A stretch of 64,000 bases of DNA from Rubrivivax sp. (GTDB taxonomy: Bacteria > Pseudomonadota > Gammaproteobacteria > Burkholderiales > Burkholderiaceae_C). Under the pieces are notes generated by a model, which saw only the letters and a list, made by a program, of their open reading frames with translations, did not search any database and was not told the origin of the DNA. Positions 9,749 through 23,213 of the stretch are shown piece after piece (position 1 is the stretch's first letter; the number at the start of each line of letters is the position of its first letter). The DNA is taken from NCBI GenBank assembly GCA_021300575.1, contig JAJTDM010000011.1:38465-102464 (forward strand), in the 5' to 3' direction. The translations under genes and the position numbers were made by a program.

Positions 9749-11767
9749 ATGACTTCACAAGACACCTCCGCGATGGCCAACGCCATCCGCGCCCTGGCGA
9801 TGGACGCCGTCCAGCAGGCCAACTCCGGCCATCCCGGCGCCCCCATGGGCATGGCGGAGATGGCTGTGGCGCTGTGGGGCCGGCACCTGAAACACCACCC
9901 CGGCAACCCGCACTGGGCCGACCGCGACCGTTTCGTGCTCAGCAACGGCCACGGCTCGATGCTGATCTACGCCCTGCTGCACCTGACGGGGTATGACCTG
10001 CCGATGGAAGAGCTCAAGCGCTTCCGACAGCTGCACAGCAAGACCCCCGGCCACCCCGAGGTGGGCATCACCCCGGGCGTGGAGACCACCACCGGCCCGC
10101 TGGGCCAGGGCATCACCAATGCCGTGGGCATGGCGCTGGCCGAAAAGCTGCTGGCCACCGAGTTCAACCGCCCCGGCCACGCCGTGGTGGACCACCGCAC
10201 CTACGCTTTCCTGGGCGACGGCTGCCTGATGGAGGGCATCAGCCATGAGGCCGTGGCCCTGGCCGGTGCGTGGCAGCTGAACAAGCTGGTGGCGCTGTAT
10301 GACGACAACGGCATCAGCATCGACGGCGCCGTGCAGCCCTGGTACGTGGACAACGCGGCGCAGCGCTTCAAGGCGTGTGGCTGGAACGTCATCGGGCCTG
10401 TCGACGGCCATGACGTCAACGCTGTGGACGCAGCGCTCACGGCCTGCAGGGCGGCCGCCAAGCCCACCCTCATCATCTGCCGCACCACCATCGGCAAGGG
10501 CTCGCCCAACCGCGGCGGTACGGCCAAGGCCCACGGCGAGGCCCTGGGGGCCGAGGAGATCCGCCTGACGCGTGAGGCCATGGGCTGGGCGCACGAACCC
10601 TTCGTGGTGCCGGCCGAGGTCTATGCCCAGTGGGATGCCAAGGCCGCCGGCGCACAACGCGAGGCCGACTGGAACGCCCGCTTCGCCGCTTACCGCGCCG
10701 CGCACCCCGAGCTGGCGGCAGAGTTCGAGCGCCGCATGGCCGGCCAGCTGCCCGCCGGCTTTGCCCAGACCGCCGTGGACGCCGTCATCGCCGCCCACAC
10801 CAAGGCCGAGACCGTGGCCTCGCGCAAGGCCAGCCAGATCGCGCTGGAGGCTTTCACCAAGGCCCTGCCCGAACTGCTGGGCGGCTCGGCCGACCTGACC
10901 GGCTCCAACCTGACCAACACCTCGTCCACGCCGGCGCTGCGCTTTGCCAAGGACGGTACGCCCAACGGCGGGCGCCACATCAACTACGGCGTGCGCGAGT
11001 TCGGCATGGCCGCCATCATGAACGGCGTGACGCTGCACGGCGGCTTCATCCCCTATGGCGGCACCTTCCTGACCTTCAGCGACTACAGCCGCAACGCCAT
11101 CCGCATGGCCGCGCTGATGAAGCAGCGCGTCATCCACGTCTTCACGCACGACTCCATCGGCCTGGGCGAGGACGGCCCCACGCACCAGAGCGTGGAGCAC
11201 GCCGCCAGCCTGCGCCTGATCCCGAACCTGGACGTTTGGCGGCCGGCCGACACGGCCGAGACCGCCGTGGCCTGGACCATGGCCATCGGCAATGCCGAGC
11301 GCCCCACCGCGCTGCTGCTGAGCCGGCAGAACCTGCCCTACCTGCCCAAGGCCGGGCTGGACGAGATCGGCAAGGGCGCCTACGTGCTGGCCGAGCCGGC
11401 CGAGGTGGGCCTGAAGAAGAAGGCGCAGGCCGTGATCATCGCCACCGGCAGCGAGGTGCAGCTCGCCCTGCACGCGCAGGCGCAGCTGGCGCAATCCGGC
11501 ATTGCCGTGCGCGTGGTCAGCATGCCCAGCACCACGGTGTTCGATCGTCAGGCGGTGGCCTACAAGACCAGCGTGCTGCCGCCCAAGCTGCCCCGCATTG
11601 CGGTGGAAGCCGGTGTGACCGACGGCTGGTGGAAGTACGGCTGCGCGGCCGTGGTGGGCATCGATACCTACGGCGAAAGCGCGCCGGCGGGCGTGCTGTT
11701 CAAGCACTTCGGCTTCACGGCGGACAACGTGGCCGCTGTGGTGCGTCAGGTGCTCAAGCGCCGCTGA
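9749..11767 (+). CDS. tkt: transketolase
   Basis: [24 protein letters not shown] and [14 protein letters not shown] motifs. ATG at 9749 is preferred over the TTG at 9734. Confidence 0.95.
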   Translation: MTSQDTSAMANAIRALAMDAVQQANSGHPGAPMGMAEMAVALWGRHLKHHPGNPHWADRDRFVLSNGHGSMLIYALLHLTGYDLPMEELKRFRQLHSKTPGHPEVGITPGVETTTGPLGQGITNAVGMALAEKLLATEFNRPGHAVVDHRTYAFLGDGCLMEGISHEAVALAGAWQLNKLVALYDDNGISIDGAVQPWYVDNAAQRFKACGWNVIGPVDGHDVNAVDAALTACRAAAKPTLIICRTTIGKGSPNRGGTAKAHGEALGAEEIRLTREAMGWAHEPFVVPAEVYAQWDAKAAGAQREADWNARFAAYRAAHPELAAEFERRMAGQLPAGFAQTAVDAVIAAHTKAETVASRKASQIALEAFTKALPELLGGSADLTGSNLTNTSSTPALRFAKDGTPNGGRHINYGVREFGMAAIMNGVTLHGGFIPYGGTFLTFSDYSRNAIRMAALMKQRVIHVFTHDSIGLGEDGPTHQSVEHAASLRLIPNLDVWRPADTAETAVAWTMAIGNAERPTALLLSRQNLPYLPKAGLDEIGKGAYVLAEPAEVGLKKKAQAVIIATGSEVQLALHAQAQLAQSGIAVRVVSMPSTTVFDRQAVAYKTSVLPPKLPRIAVEAGVTDGWWKYGCAAVVGIDTYGESAPAGVLFKHFGFTADNVAAVVRQVLKRR

Positions 11768-11778
11768 ATTGCCCATGA

Positions 11779-12834
<1,056 letters not shown>

Positions 12835-12905
12835 TCCGTACAAAAAGCAACGCCCGCATACCGGCGGATACGCGTCAGCAACAGGCAGGCGCCTAGACTG
12901 TGGGG

Positions 12906-14618
12906 ATGAAGATCCTTGCTGCGGTGCTTGCAGCCGGCGCGGCGGTGCTCGTCACGTCCACGGCCGCGTTTGCCAATCCTTCCGCTGCTGCAGACCCCCC
13001 CACGGCCCGCGTCATCGTGGGGTACCGTGACGGGGCTGCAGTGGCAACCGCCCACCCCTGGCGCAAGGGCGCTCCGGCCAAAGATGTGCGCGCCGCGTCT
13101 CAACGCCGTGCCAATGCCCTGGCGCGCAGGGCCGGACATTCGCTCACCACAGGCCGTGTCATCGGGCATCACGCTCAGGTGGTCATGGCGCGTGGCGTGG
13201 ACTCGACGTCCCTCGCCCGCCGCCTGGCAGCGGACCCCGACGTGGCCTGGGCCGTGGTGGACCAGCGCCGGCGCGCATTGACGGTGCCCACCGATCCGCT
13301 GTTCAGCGCCGGCCCGGCCGTGAACCTGCAAACCCTCACGGGGGGCCCCGTGGTGGGCCAGTGGTACCTGCGTGAGCCCACCGACCTGTTCCGCTCGGCC
13401 ACCAACGCCCAGGCCGCCTGGGCCCGCTCCACGGGCAGCGGTGTGGTCGTGGCCGTCCTGGACACGGGTGTGCTGGCTGACCACGTGGACCTGGCCGGGC
13501 AGGTGCTGTCGGGCTACGACTTCGTGCGGGACACCATCTTTTCCAACGACGGGGATGGACGGGATGCGGACGCGTCCGACCCCGGCGACTGGATCACCGC
13601 AGCAGAAAACGCCTTTGGTCCCTACAGGAACTGTGGTCGGCAGGACAGTTCCTGGCACGGCACTGGCGTGGCCGGCATCGTGGCGGCAGCAACGAACAAC
13701 GGCATCGGCATGGCTGGACTGGCGTACGGTGCCAAGGTGCTTCCGGTGCGCGTGCTGGGCAAGTGTGGCGGTTTTGACTCCGACATCACGGCCGGCATGC
13801 TGTGGGCCGCCGGCATCGACCAGGCGGGTCTGCCAGGCAGCGCCACGCCGGCCAGGGTGCTGAACCTGAGCCTGGGCGGTGGATCGACAGCCTGTTCGGG
13901 TGTCTACCAGGACGCCATCGCGGCCGTGACGGCGCGGGGTGCGGTGGTGGTGGCTGCGGCTGGCAACAGCGATGGGGGGCCTGTGGGCGCTCCGGCCAAC
14001 TGCCCCGGTGTGATTGCCGTGGCGGGCTTGCGCCATGCAGGCACCAAGGTAGGCTTTTCCGACCTGGGCCCGGAAATCGCCGTCGCCGCCCCTGGCGGCA
14101 ACTGCGTGAACATCGAGCTGGGGCAGCCCTGCCTGTACCCCATCTTGACCCTGTCCAACAGCGGCCTGACGGTGCCGGCGGCGGGGGGTTCGGTCTACAG
14201 CGACAGCTTCAACATCTCCGTGGGCACCAGCTTTGCCACCCCCATGGTGGCGGCCACGGCGGCGCTGATCCTTTCGACCCGGCCCGACCTCTCGCCCGCG
14301 CAGGTGAAGATGGCGCTGCAATCAGGTGCCAGGCCCTTTCCCACGTCGGGAGCTGACAACGGTACCGACCCGACGCCAGTGAGCATCTGCCAACCCCCCT
14401 CGACGCAAGGGCAGTTGCAGTGCTATTGCGTCACCGGCTTGTGTGGGGCGGGCATGCTGGACGTTTCCGCTGCCTTGGCAGCAGCCGAGGTCTTGCCCGT
14501 TGCGACATCGGCGGATGGCGGCGGCGGCGCGCTGTCCTGGCCGTGGCTCCTGGCCCTGATCGCGGCCACGGCGGTGCTGTCAGCGCGGCCGCGCGGGCGC
14601 CGTCCGGTCCGCGGCTGA
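12906..14618 (+). CDS. secreted S8 (subtilisin-family) serine peptidase with a GlyGly-CTERM-like tail
   Basis: Signal peptide MKILAAVLAAGAAVLVTSTAAFA. Catalytic triad contexts VAVLDTGV, WHGTGVAG and GTSFATPMV. C-terminus is GGGGALSWPWLLALIAATAVLSARPRGRR. Confidence 0.85.
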   Translation: MKILAAVLAAGAAVLVTSTAAFANPSAAADPPTARVIVGYRDGAAVATAHPWRKGAPAKDVRAASQRRANALARRAGHSLTTGRVIGHHAQVVMARGVDSTSLARRLAADPDVAWAVVDQRRRALTVPTDPLFSAGPAVNLQTLTGGPVVGQWYLREPTDLFRSATNAQAAWARSTGSGVVVAVLDTGVLADHVDLAGQVLSGYDFVRDTIFSNDGDGRDADASDPGDWITAAENAFGPYRNCGRQDSSWHGTGVAGIVAAATNNGIGMAGLAYGAKVLPVRVLGKCGGFDSDITAGMLWAAGIDQAGLPGSATPARVLNLSLGGGSTACSGVYQDAIAAVTARGAVVVAAAGNSDGGPVGAPANCPGVIAVAGLRHAGTKVGFSDLGPEIAVAAPGGNCVNIELGQPCLYPILTLSNSGLTVPAAGGSVYSDSFNISVGTSFATPMVAATAALILSTRPDLSPAQVKMALQSGARPFPTSGADNGTDPTPVSICQPPSTQGQLQCYCVTGLCGAGMLDVSAALAAAEVLPVATSADGGGGALSWPWLLALIAATAVLSARPRGRRPVRG

Positions 14619-14930
14619 ATCACGCGGCGGCGCGGCCTGGTTCGAGCCAGGCAAGGTCTGCACCACACCCGAGGCGGACGCGCCTGTGGCCACCCCGGCT
14701 GCAGCGGACGCCGCGGCTTCAGCCGCAGCGATCTGCGCCAGCGCAGCCGACGCCGCCTTGGGCGACAGCACCACGACGGACTCCGGCCGGACCTGCTGCC
14801 GAAGGCGCTCGGGTTCACGCTGGGCGGCGCCGGGCGGAGGCAGGGACCCGCTGAACCCGCCTTGCGTCCAGACGCAGAAGCCCAGATTGGCCACGATCAG
14901 CACCAGGGCCAGCCAGGGGATCATGCGCAT
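14580..14930 (-). CDS. hypothetical small membrane-anchored Ala/Pro-rich protein
   Basis: N-terminal TM helix (MRMIPWLALVLIVANLGFCVW). The start overlaps the birA stop, suggesting coupling. The remainder is low-complexity, so this is weakly supported. Confidence 0.4.
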   Translation of the reverse strand: MRMIPWLALVLIVANLGFCVWTQGGFSGSLPPPGAAQREPERLRQQVRPESVVVLSPKAASAALAQIAAAEAAASAAAGVATGASASGVVQTLPGSNQAAPPRDSAADRTAPARPR

Positions 14931-15979
14931 GCGGCGTCTCCGTGCCTCAGGCGGATGCTGACCTCGCCGCCCACCACGCTGCGCAGGGCGCCGTCAGGCG
15001 CCCGCACCTGCAAGGCGCCCGCATCGTCCACCCCTTGCGCCATGCCCACGGGCAGGTCTGGCAGCGTGGTGGAGACAGCCTTGCCGTGCAGCAGGTCGCG
15101 CCGCGCGAACGCGTGCGCCACGCCCGCGAAGCCTGACTGCTCGAACCGGCGTACCGCCTGGAGCAGCGGCAGCACCACGCGGGCCAGGGCTTGCGCTGCC
15201 GTGGCCTGCGGCTCCATCTCCTGAAGGCAGGCCACGCCAGTGGCGGCCTGCTCCACCGTCACCGCCAGTTGCGGGCCGATGTTCAGGCCCACGCCGATGA
15301 CGCAGATGCGCGCTGGGGTGCGTGGCCCCTGGAGGCGTCGGGGGCCGGCTGCCGGCCCTGAAGCCGGCTGGGTGCCGACCTCAGCTGTGTGCGGGACATC
15401 CGCCCATCCGGCGGCGGTTTCGATCAACACGCCGCCCAGCTTGCGCCCGCCGCCCGCGGCCTGCTCATCGCGCAGCCACAGGTCGTTCGGCCACTTCAGG
15501 AGGATGCGCGGTGCGGCGGTTTCAGCGCCAGATGCCGGCTCGGCGTGCGGATCGCAGTTCGGGCCGCCATCCGGGTCCAGCGCCTGCGCCAGCGCCACAC
15601 CCACGGCCAATGACAAGCCGGACCAGTCCTGCGGCGCCAGGCTCAGGCCCAGGGAGAAGGTGAGCGATGACCCGGGCTGGGCGTGCCAGGCGCGGCCCTG
15701 CCGGCCCCGGCCCTGGGTCTGTTCCTGCGCCACGAGCAGGCAGTTGGTCCAGGTGGGGCGCTCGCCGCCGCCGGCACTGGCCGGCGCAGACACAGACGCA
15801 GACATAAACGCAGACGCAGACGCAGACAAGGCGGCCCGCGCTGCAGCGGCCCGCTCCAGCAGCGCCGTGTTCGTGGACGCGAGGGACTCCACCACCTCCA
15901 GTGTCAAGCCTGGCTCCACCCTCTGCAGGTCTTGCTGCAGGACCTGCAGACCCCAGCTTTCGCGCAGCTCGTCGGTCAT
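14921..15979 (-). CDS. birA: biotin--[acetyl-CoA-carboxylase] ligase
   Basis: GRGRQGRAW biotin-ligase signature and KWPNDL motif. Carries Ala/Ser/Gly-rich low-complexity insertions. Confidence 0.8.
   Translation of the reverse strand: MTDELRESWGLQVLQQDLQRVEPGLTLEVVESLASTNTALLERAAAARAALSASASAFMSASVSAPASAGGGERPTWTNCLLVAQEQTQGRGRQGRAWHAQPGSSLTFSLGLSLAPQDWSGLSLAVGVALAQALDPDGGPNCDPHAEPASGAETAAPRILLKWPNDLWLRDEQAAGGGRKLGGVLIETAAGWADVPHTAEVGTQPASGPAAGPRRLQGPRTPARICVIGVGLNIGPQLAVTVEQAATGVACLQEMEPQATAAQALARVVLPLLQAVRRFEQSGFAGVAHAFARRDLLHGKAVSTTLPDLPVGMAQGVDDAGALQVRAPDGALRSVVGGEVSIRLRHGDAACA
15786..15829. repeat. imperfect GCAGAC hexamer tandem repeat inside birA
   Basis: gcagacacagacgcagacataaacgcagacgcagacgcagac read directly. 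It encodes the SASASAFMSASVSA low-complexity insert on the minus strand. Confidence 0.8.
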
Positions 15980-16019
15980 GCGAGGCGCCCGGCGGTGGTG
16001 CGCTCAGCCCGGGCGAGGG

Positions 16020-16541
16020 TCACCGCTTGGGCGAGAGCATGGTGCGCCGGCAGTTCGGGCTGCCGCAGCGGCACTCATACTCCTTCTTCAGCTTGGGCGT
16101 GTAGCGCTCGTCGATGACCAGGCCGTAGTCGTAGAACAACTCCTCGCCGGGCATCAGGTCACGCAGCGCCTTGATGAAGATACGGCCGTCCACCTCGTCG
16201 GCCTTGCAATTGGGGTCGCAGGCGTGGTTGATCCAGCGCGAGGCATTGCCGCCGTACTTGGCATCGATGACATGCTGCTCGTCGATGTGGAAATAGAAGG
16301 TGTGGTGCGGATCGCGCGGGTCGTGCGGGTGGCGGCGCAGGGCCTCCCTCCAGGTGATGACCTCGCCGGTGTATTCGATGAGGGTCTGGTCCGCCGCGAT
16401 GGCCTGCAACGCGTACACCCCCTTGCCATGCACCCCGCTGCGGCGCACCTGGATGCGGCGCCCGGCGGTGGCGCGGGCGCGGGGTTCGCCCTTCGGCTGG
16501 ACAGTGCCTCCCACAGGGTCGGCTTGCGGCTTCTTTGGCAT
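16020..16541 (-). CDS. SET-domain protein-lysine methyltransferase-like protein
   Basis: VRRSGVHGKGVYA, NHACDPNC and ELFYDYG motifs plus a C-terminal Cys cluster (CRCGSPNC), that is, SET and post-SET. Confidence 0.85.
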   Translation of the reverse strand: MPKKPQADPVGGTVQPKGEPRARATAGRRIQVRRSGVHGKGVYALQAIAADQTLIEYTGEVITWREALRRHPHDPRDPHHTFYFHIDEQHVIDAKYGGNASRWINHACDPNCKADEVDGRIFIKALRDLMPGEELFYDYGLVIDERYTPKLKKEYECRCGSPNCRRTMLSPKR

Positions 16542-16709
16542 TCGTTACATTGAACTCATGGGTGCGCGCGCGTACATGCGAGAGTGTGGGGGTGCGCGCC
16601 AGGGTGCGCCCGCCCACGTGCATGCACGTGAGCGCGCGCGAAGACACACGATTGTAGGGAACGGGGTTGCGGCGCAGTGCGCCGCTGCCGACTGCCCGAA
16701 GAAGGACCG

Positions 16710-19331
<2,622 letters not shown>

Positions 19332-19403
19332 ACGTGATCTTCGAGAAGAGCTTGAACGCAGCGCGGCCGGCTGCAGCGCGCCCATGCGCCGTGGTTTGTG
19401 CGG

Positions 19404-19463
19404 GGGCTCGTGCGAGGGCTCGTGCGAGGGCTTGCACGGGGGCTTGCGCTGGGGCGTACGCGT
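19404..19463. repeat. five degenerate 12-bp tandem repeats (GGGCTCGTGCGA-like)
   Basis: gggctcgtgcga gggctcgtgcga gggcttgcacgg gggcttgcgctg gggcgtacgcgt read directly, immediately upstream of the AEC transporter start. Confidence 0.75.
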
Positions 19464-20426
19464 GACGCTGGAACTCCTGTTCAAGCTGCTGGCCATCTTT
19501 GCCACGGCGGGGGTGGGCTGGGTGGCGGCGCGCTGCTGTTCCGCACCATGGCGCGCATGGACTTCGCCGCCATGCCCTGGACCACGCTGGTGGCCTACTT
19601 CGCGCCCGTGCTGGCCTATCTGGGCGTGTTCTATGCATGGCAGCAGCGAAGAGTGGCGCGCCAGCAGGGCCTGGCCCAGGTTCAGCCGCCGCCAGCGGGC
19701 GCGCAAGTCGGGGCCTCCGCAGTCGAACGGGTCCGCGGCGGGCCTGCCGCGGCGGCCGCCACCCTGGGCGTGGCCGCCACGTACGGCAATTCGGTGCAGC
19801 TGGGCATTCCCATGGCGGCGGCCCTGTTCGGAGAGGTCGGCCTGGGCTTGCATCTGGCCCTGATCAGCCTGCATGGCTTGGTGGTGCTGACGCTGCTGAC
19901 GGTGCTGGCCGAGGTGGCCATCGCCCGTTCAGGGGCCGGGCAGTCTCTCGTCGGCACTGTCAAGACAGCGGTGCGCAGTGCCGTGTTCCACCCGGTGATG
20001 CTGCCCATCCTGCTGGGGCTGGCCTGGAACCTGACGGGCTTGGGCCTTCATCCCGTGGTCGATGCACTGTTGCTGTCACTGACGGCGGCCGTGGTGCCGC
20101 TGTGCCTGTTTCTCATCGGCACGAACCTGGCGCAGTACGGCCTGCGCGGGCGTGTGCGCGGCGCGCTGGGCCTGAGTGTGCTGAAGTTGCTGGTGCTGCC
20201 TGCGGTGGTGCTGCTGGGCGCGCACTTCGTCTTCGGCGTGAGCGGGCTGTCGCTGTCGGTGCTGGTGATGATGGCGGCGGCCCCGGTGGGCAGCAATGCG
20301 CTGATCTTCGCGCTGCGCTACCGCACCCACGAGGCCGAGGCCACGGCGGCCATCGTGCTGTCCACGGTGGCTTTCGTGTTCACGTCCTCGCTGTGGGTGG
20401 CCGTGCTGGCGCTGCTGGGCTGGTAG
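19462..20426 (+). pseudogene. AEC (auxin efflux carrier) family transporter with an N-terminal frame disruption
   Basis: The family N-terminus (V)TLELLFKLLAIFATAGVGWVAAR is in one frame from 19462. The rest (ALLFRTMARMDFAAMPWTTLVAYF... to 20426) is in another frame. About 25 residues expected between the two parts appear to be missing. Confidence 0.6.
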
Positions 20427-20496
20427 AACGCCGCTGCGCCTCGCGCGGCTGTCCGGCAAGGTGACCCGGCAATGGTTCTGGCCCGACAATGCAGGC

Positions 20497-21777
20497 ATGA
20501 AGGTTGTCGACATCCCCGCCTACATGGCGCACCTGGGCGCACAGGCCCGCGCCGCCTCCACCGCGATGGCCGCGGCCTCCACCGCAGCCAAGGACCAGGC
20601 CTTGCGGGCGCTGGCGCGGCGCCTGCGCGAGGCCTTGCCCGAGTTGCAGCATCACAACGCTCAGGACCTGGACGCCGCGCGCACCGCCGGCCTGGCCGAG
20701 CCGATGGTGGACCGCCTCAAACTGACGCCGGCTGTCATCGACACCGTCGCCCAGGGTTGCGAACAACTGGCCGCGATGCCCGACCCCGTGGGCGAGATCA
20801 CCGAGGTCAAGCGCCGCCCCTCCGGCATCAGCGTGGGGCGCATGCGTGTGCCGCTGGGTGTGTTCGGCATGATCTACGAGAGCCGGCCCAACGTCACCAT
20901 CGAAGCGGCCTCGCTGGCGATCAAGAGCGGCAATGCCTGCATCCTGCGCGGCGGCTCCGAGGCGCTGCACTCCAACCTGGCGCTGTGGCGTTGTGTGCAG
21001 GCCGCGCTCGCCGAGGCCGGCCTGCTTCCTGCGGCCGTGCAACTGGTGGAGACCACCGACCGCGCCGCCGTGGGCCGCCTGATCGCCATGCCGGAATCGG
21101 TGGACGTGATCATCCCGCGCGGCGGCAAGAGCCTGATCGAGCGCATCAGCGCCGAGGCGCGGGTGCCCGTCATCAAGCACCTGGACGGTAACTGCCACGT
21201 CTACGTGGATGCCGAGGTGGACCTGGGCCTGGCGGTAACCGTCACCGACAACGCCAAGACCCAGAAGTACAGCCCCTGCAATGCGGCGGAGTCCCTGCTG
21301 GTGCACGAGCGCCAGGCGGCAGCCTTTCTGCCCCGCATCGGTGCCGTCTTCGCGGCCAAGGGCGTGCAGATGCGCTGCTGTCCAGCTTCACGGGCCGTCT
21401 TGCAGGCCGTGCCCGGCGCAGAGCTGGTGGATGCCACCGAGGCCGACTGGTCCGAGGAGTACCTGGCACCCGTCATCAGCGTGAAGGTGGTGGCGAGCCT
21501 GGACGAGGCTATCGGCCACATCAACCGCTACGGCTCGCACCACACCGACGCCATCCTCACCACGAACCATCCGAACGCCATGCGCTTCCTGCGCGAGGTG
21601 GATTCGGCCAGCGTGATGGTGAATGCCAGCACGCGCTTTGCCGACGGCTTCGAATACGGCCTGGGGGCCGAGATCGGCATCAGCACCGACAAGTTCCACG
21701 CCCGCGGGCCGGTGGGGCTGGAAGGCCTGACCTCGATGAAGTGGGTGGTGCTGGGGCAGGGCGAAATCAGGACCTGA
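20497..21777 (+). CDS. proA: gamma-glutamyl phosphate reductase
   Basis: [14 protein letters not shown] start. Conserved blocks [24 protein letters not shown] and HTDAILT. Confidence 0.95.
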   Translation: MKVVDIPAYMAHLGAQARAASTAMAAASTAAKDQALRALARRLREALPELQHHNAQDLDAARTAGLAEPMVDRLKLTPAVIDTVAQGCEQLAAMPDPVGEITEVKRRPSGISVGRMRVPLGVFGMIYESRPNVTIEAASLAIKSGNACILRGGSEALHSNLALWRCVQAALAEAGLLPAAVQLVETTDRAAVGRLIAMPESVDVIIPRGGKSLIERISAEARVPVIKHLDGNCHVYVDAEVDLGLAVTVTDNAKTQKYSPCNAAESLLVHERQAAAFLPRIGAVFAAKGVQMRCCPASRAVLQAVPGAELVDATEADWSEEYLAPVISVKVVASLDEAIGHINRYGSHHTDAILTTNHPNAMRFLREVDSASVMVNASTRFADGFEYGLGAEIGISTDKFHARGPVGLEGLTSMKWVVLGQGEIRT

Positions 21778-21862
21778 ACGCTTTTCTGCCAACGTTCGGT
21801 TGACATGCAGCCCTCATGCGGCTCTTCCCGGCCGCTCAGGGCACCCAGGACGCTCGTGCTGC

Positions 21863-22207
21863 TCAGGCAGCTTCTTCAGTCACCTCCGCCATGTCCATGG
21901 CGATTTGCGTGCACACCGAGCGGCACACGGCCACGGCCTGCTGGTTCTCGATGCGGTAGTAGATCTGAGTGGCGTCGCGCCGCTTGCCCAGGACACCCGC
22001 GCGGTACAGCGTGGACAGATGCTGGCTCATGTTGGGCTGGGTGGTGGGGATTTCCGCCAGCAACTGCGAGACGTTCTTCTCGCCATGGCACAGCGAACTC
22101 AGGATGCGCAGGCGGATGGGCGTGGACAGCAACCCGAAGAGCTCGGCTGCGGTGTTGAAGACGGCTTCAGAGTCGTCCCGCTCGGTGTCACTCATGCGAT
22201 TGCTCAC
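21863..22207 (-). CDS. ArsR/SmtB-family transcriptional regulator (SoxR-like by context)
   Basis: Winged-helix region LFGLLSTPIRLRILSSLCHGEKNVSQLLAEIPTTQPNMSQHLSTLYRAGVL. Last gene of the accessory sox operon. Confidence 0.85.
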   Translation of the reverse strand: MSNRMSDTERDDSEAVFNTAAELFGLLSTPIRLRILSSLCHGEKNVSQLLAEIPTTQPNMSQHLSTLYRAGVLGKRRDATQIYYRIENQQAVAVCRSVCTQIAMDMAEVTEEAA

Positions 22208-22266
22208 TCCACATCCAGAATATCAGTGGGTGATGATGCACGAATTCAGCGAACTTTGCTTGCAGC

Positions 22267-22620
22267 TCACTTCCTGGGGGCGGGAAACCGGTAGTGATCC
22301 CGCTGCAGCACGGCGGCCACGGCGGTCACTTCTTCCGGAAACAGGCCCAGGTTCAGCTCGGTGCTGCACATGTCCACCATGCCGCGCATTGCGCCAGGGG
22401 TGTTGATGCGCCCGGCCGGCCGGTAGATCGCCGAGCCGTCGCCGCCCACCTTGCGGATGTGGCAGGCGTTGCAGGCGTGTTCCTTGATGAGTTTCTCGCC
22501 CAGGGGCAGGTCGGCATCCTTGAAGATGTCGTGGCCCTGCGCGCCCGCCTGCATCGGCAGCAGGCCACTGCCTGCCAGCATGAGGCCGGCCAGGAGCCGC
22601 AGAGTCTTGGTTTTCATCAT
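22267..22620 (-). CDS. small periplasmic c-type cytochrome
   Basis: Signal peptide MKTKTLRLLAGLMLAGSGLLPMQAGA and a single CNACH haem motif. Confidence 0.75.
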   Translation of the reverse strand: MMKTKTLRLLAGLMLAGSGLLPMQAGAQGHDIFKDADLPLGEKLIKEHACNACHIRKVGGDGSAIYRPAGRINTPGAMRGMVDMCSTELNLGLFPEEVTAVAAVLQRDHYRFPAPRK

Positions 22621-22652
22621 GAGGCGTCCATCCACTGTCTGGTGCAAGGGTT

Positions 22653-23213
22653 TCATCCCAGGCGCAGCCATTCCATCACATCGTCTTCGAACATCTCGCC
22701 GGGGATGACCTGCCCGAGCCTGCCCTGCCGATCCACCGTGATGGTCAGCGGTATCACCTTGCGTGTGGACAGTGCCGCAGCCATGGCGTCCTGCGCCATC
22801 GTCACCTGAAAGCCGTAGCCGTGACGCGCAAGGTAAGCCTTCACGGTGGCCGGGTCCTTGTCCCGCGCGACGGTGATGATCGCCAGCGCGCGGCCGGTGG
22901 CCGCCCGCCGCAGTTTCTCGATGTGCGCGTTGTGGCGCAGGCAGAAGGGGCAGGTGGTGGACCAGAACACCACGATGACGTGCTTGCCCTGGGCCTGGGC
23001 CGAACCCCAGCGTGTGTCGTCCAGCAGCGTGACGTCGGGCCAGACGACGGCCTGCCCCTGCTGTGGCTGTGCCGATGCCGGGCCGGTCAGCGGGTACAGC
23101 GGGTACAGCGCGACCAGGGCCGCGGTGCGCAGCAGCCGCCGCCGTGGTGCAGTACCAGCCGCCAGGGCCGTGGGGGCGAGGGGTGGCGATGCGGGGGACA
23201 CCGGCGTGCTCAC
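22653..23213 (-). CDS. periplasmic thioredoxin-like thiol:disulfide oxidoreductase (TlpA / SoxS / SoxW-like)
   Basis: Twin-Arg-like signal (RRRLLRTAALVAL) and redox motif WSTTCPFC. 4-nt overlap with the upstream MBL gene. Confidence 0.8.
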   Translation of the reverse strand: MSTPVSPASPPLAPTALAAGTAPRRRLLRTAALVALYPLYPLTGPASAQPQQGQAVVWPDVTLLDDTRWGSAQAQGKHVIVVFWSTTCPFCLRHNAHIEKLRRAATGRALAIITVARDKDPATVKAYLARHGYGFQVTMAQDAMAAALSTRKVIPLTITVDRQGRLGQVIPGEMFEDDVMEWLRLG

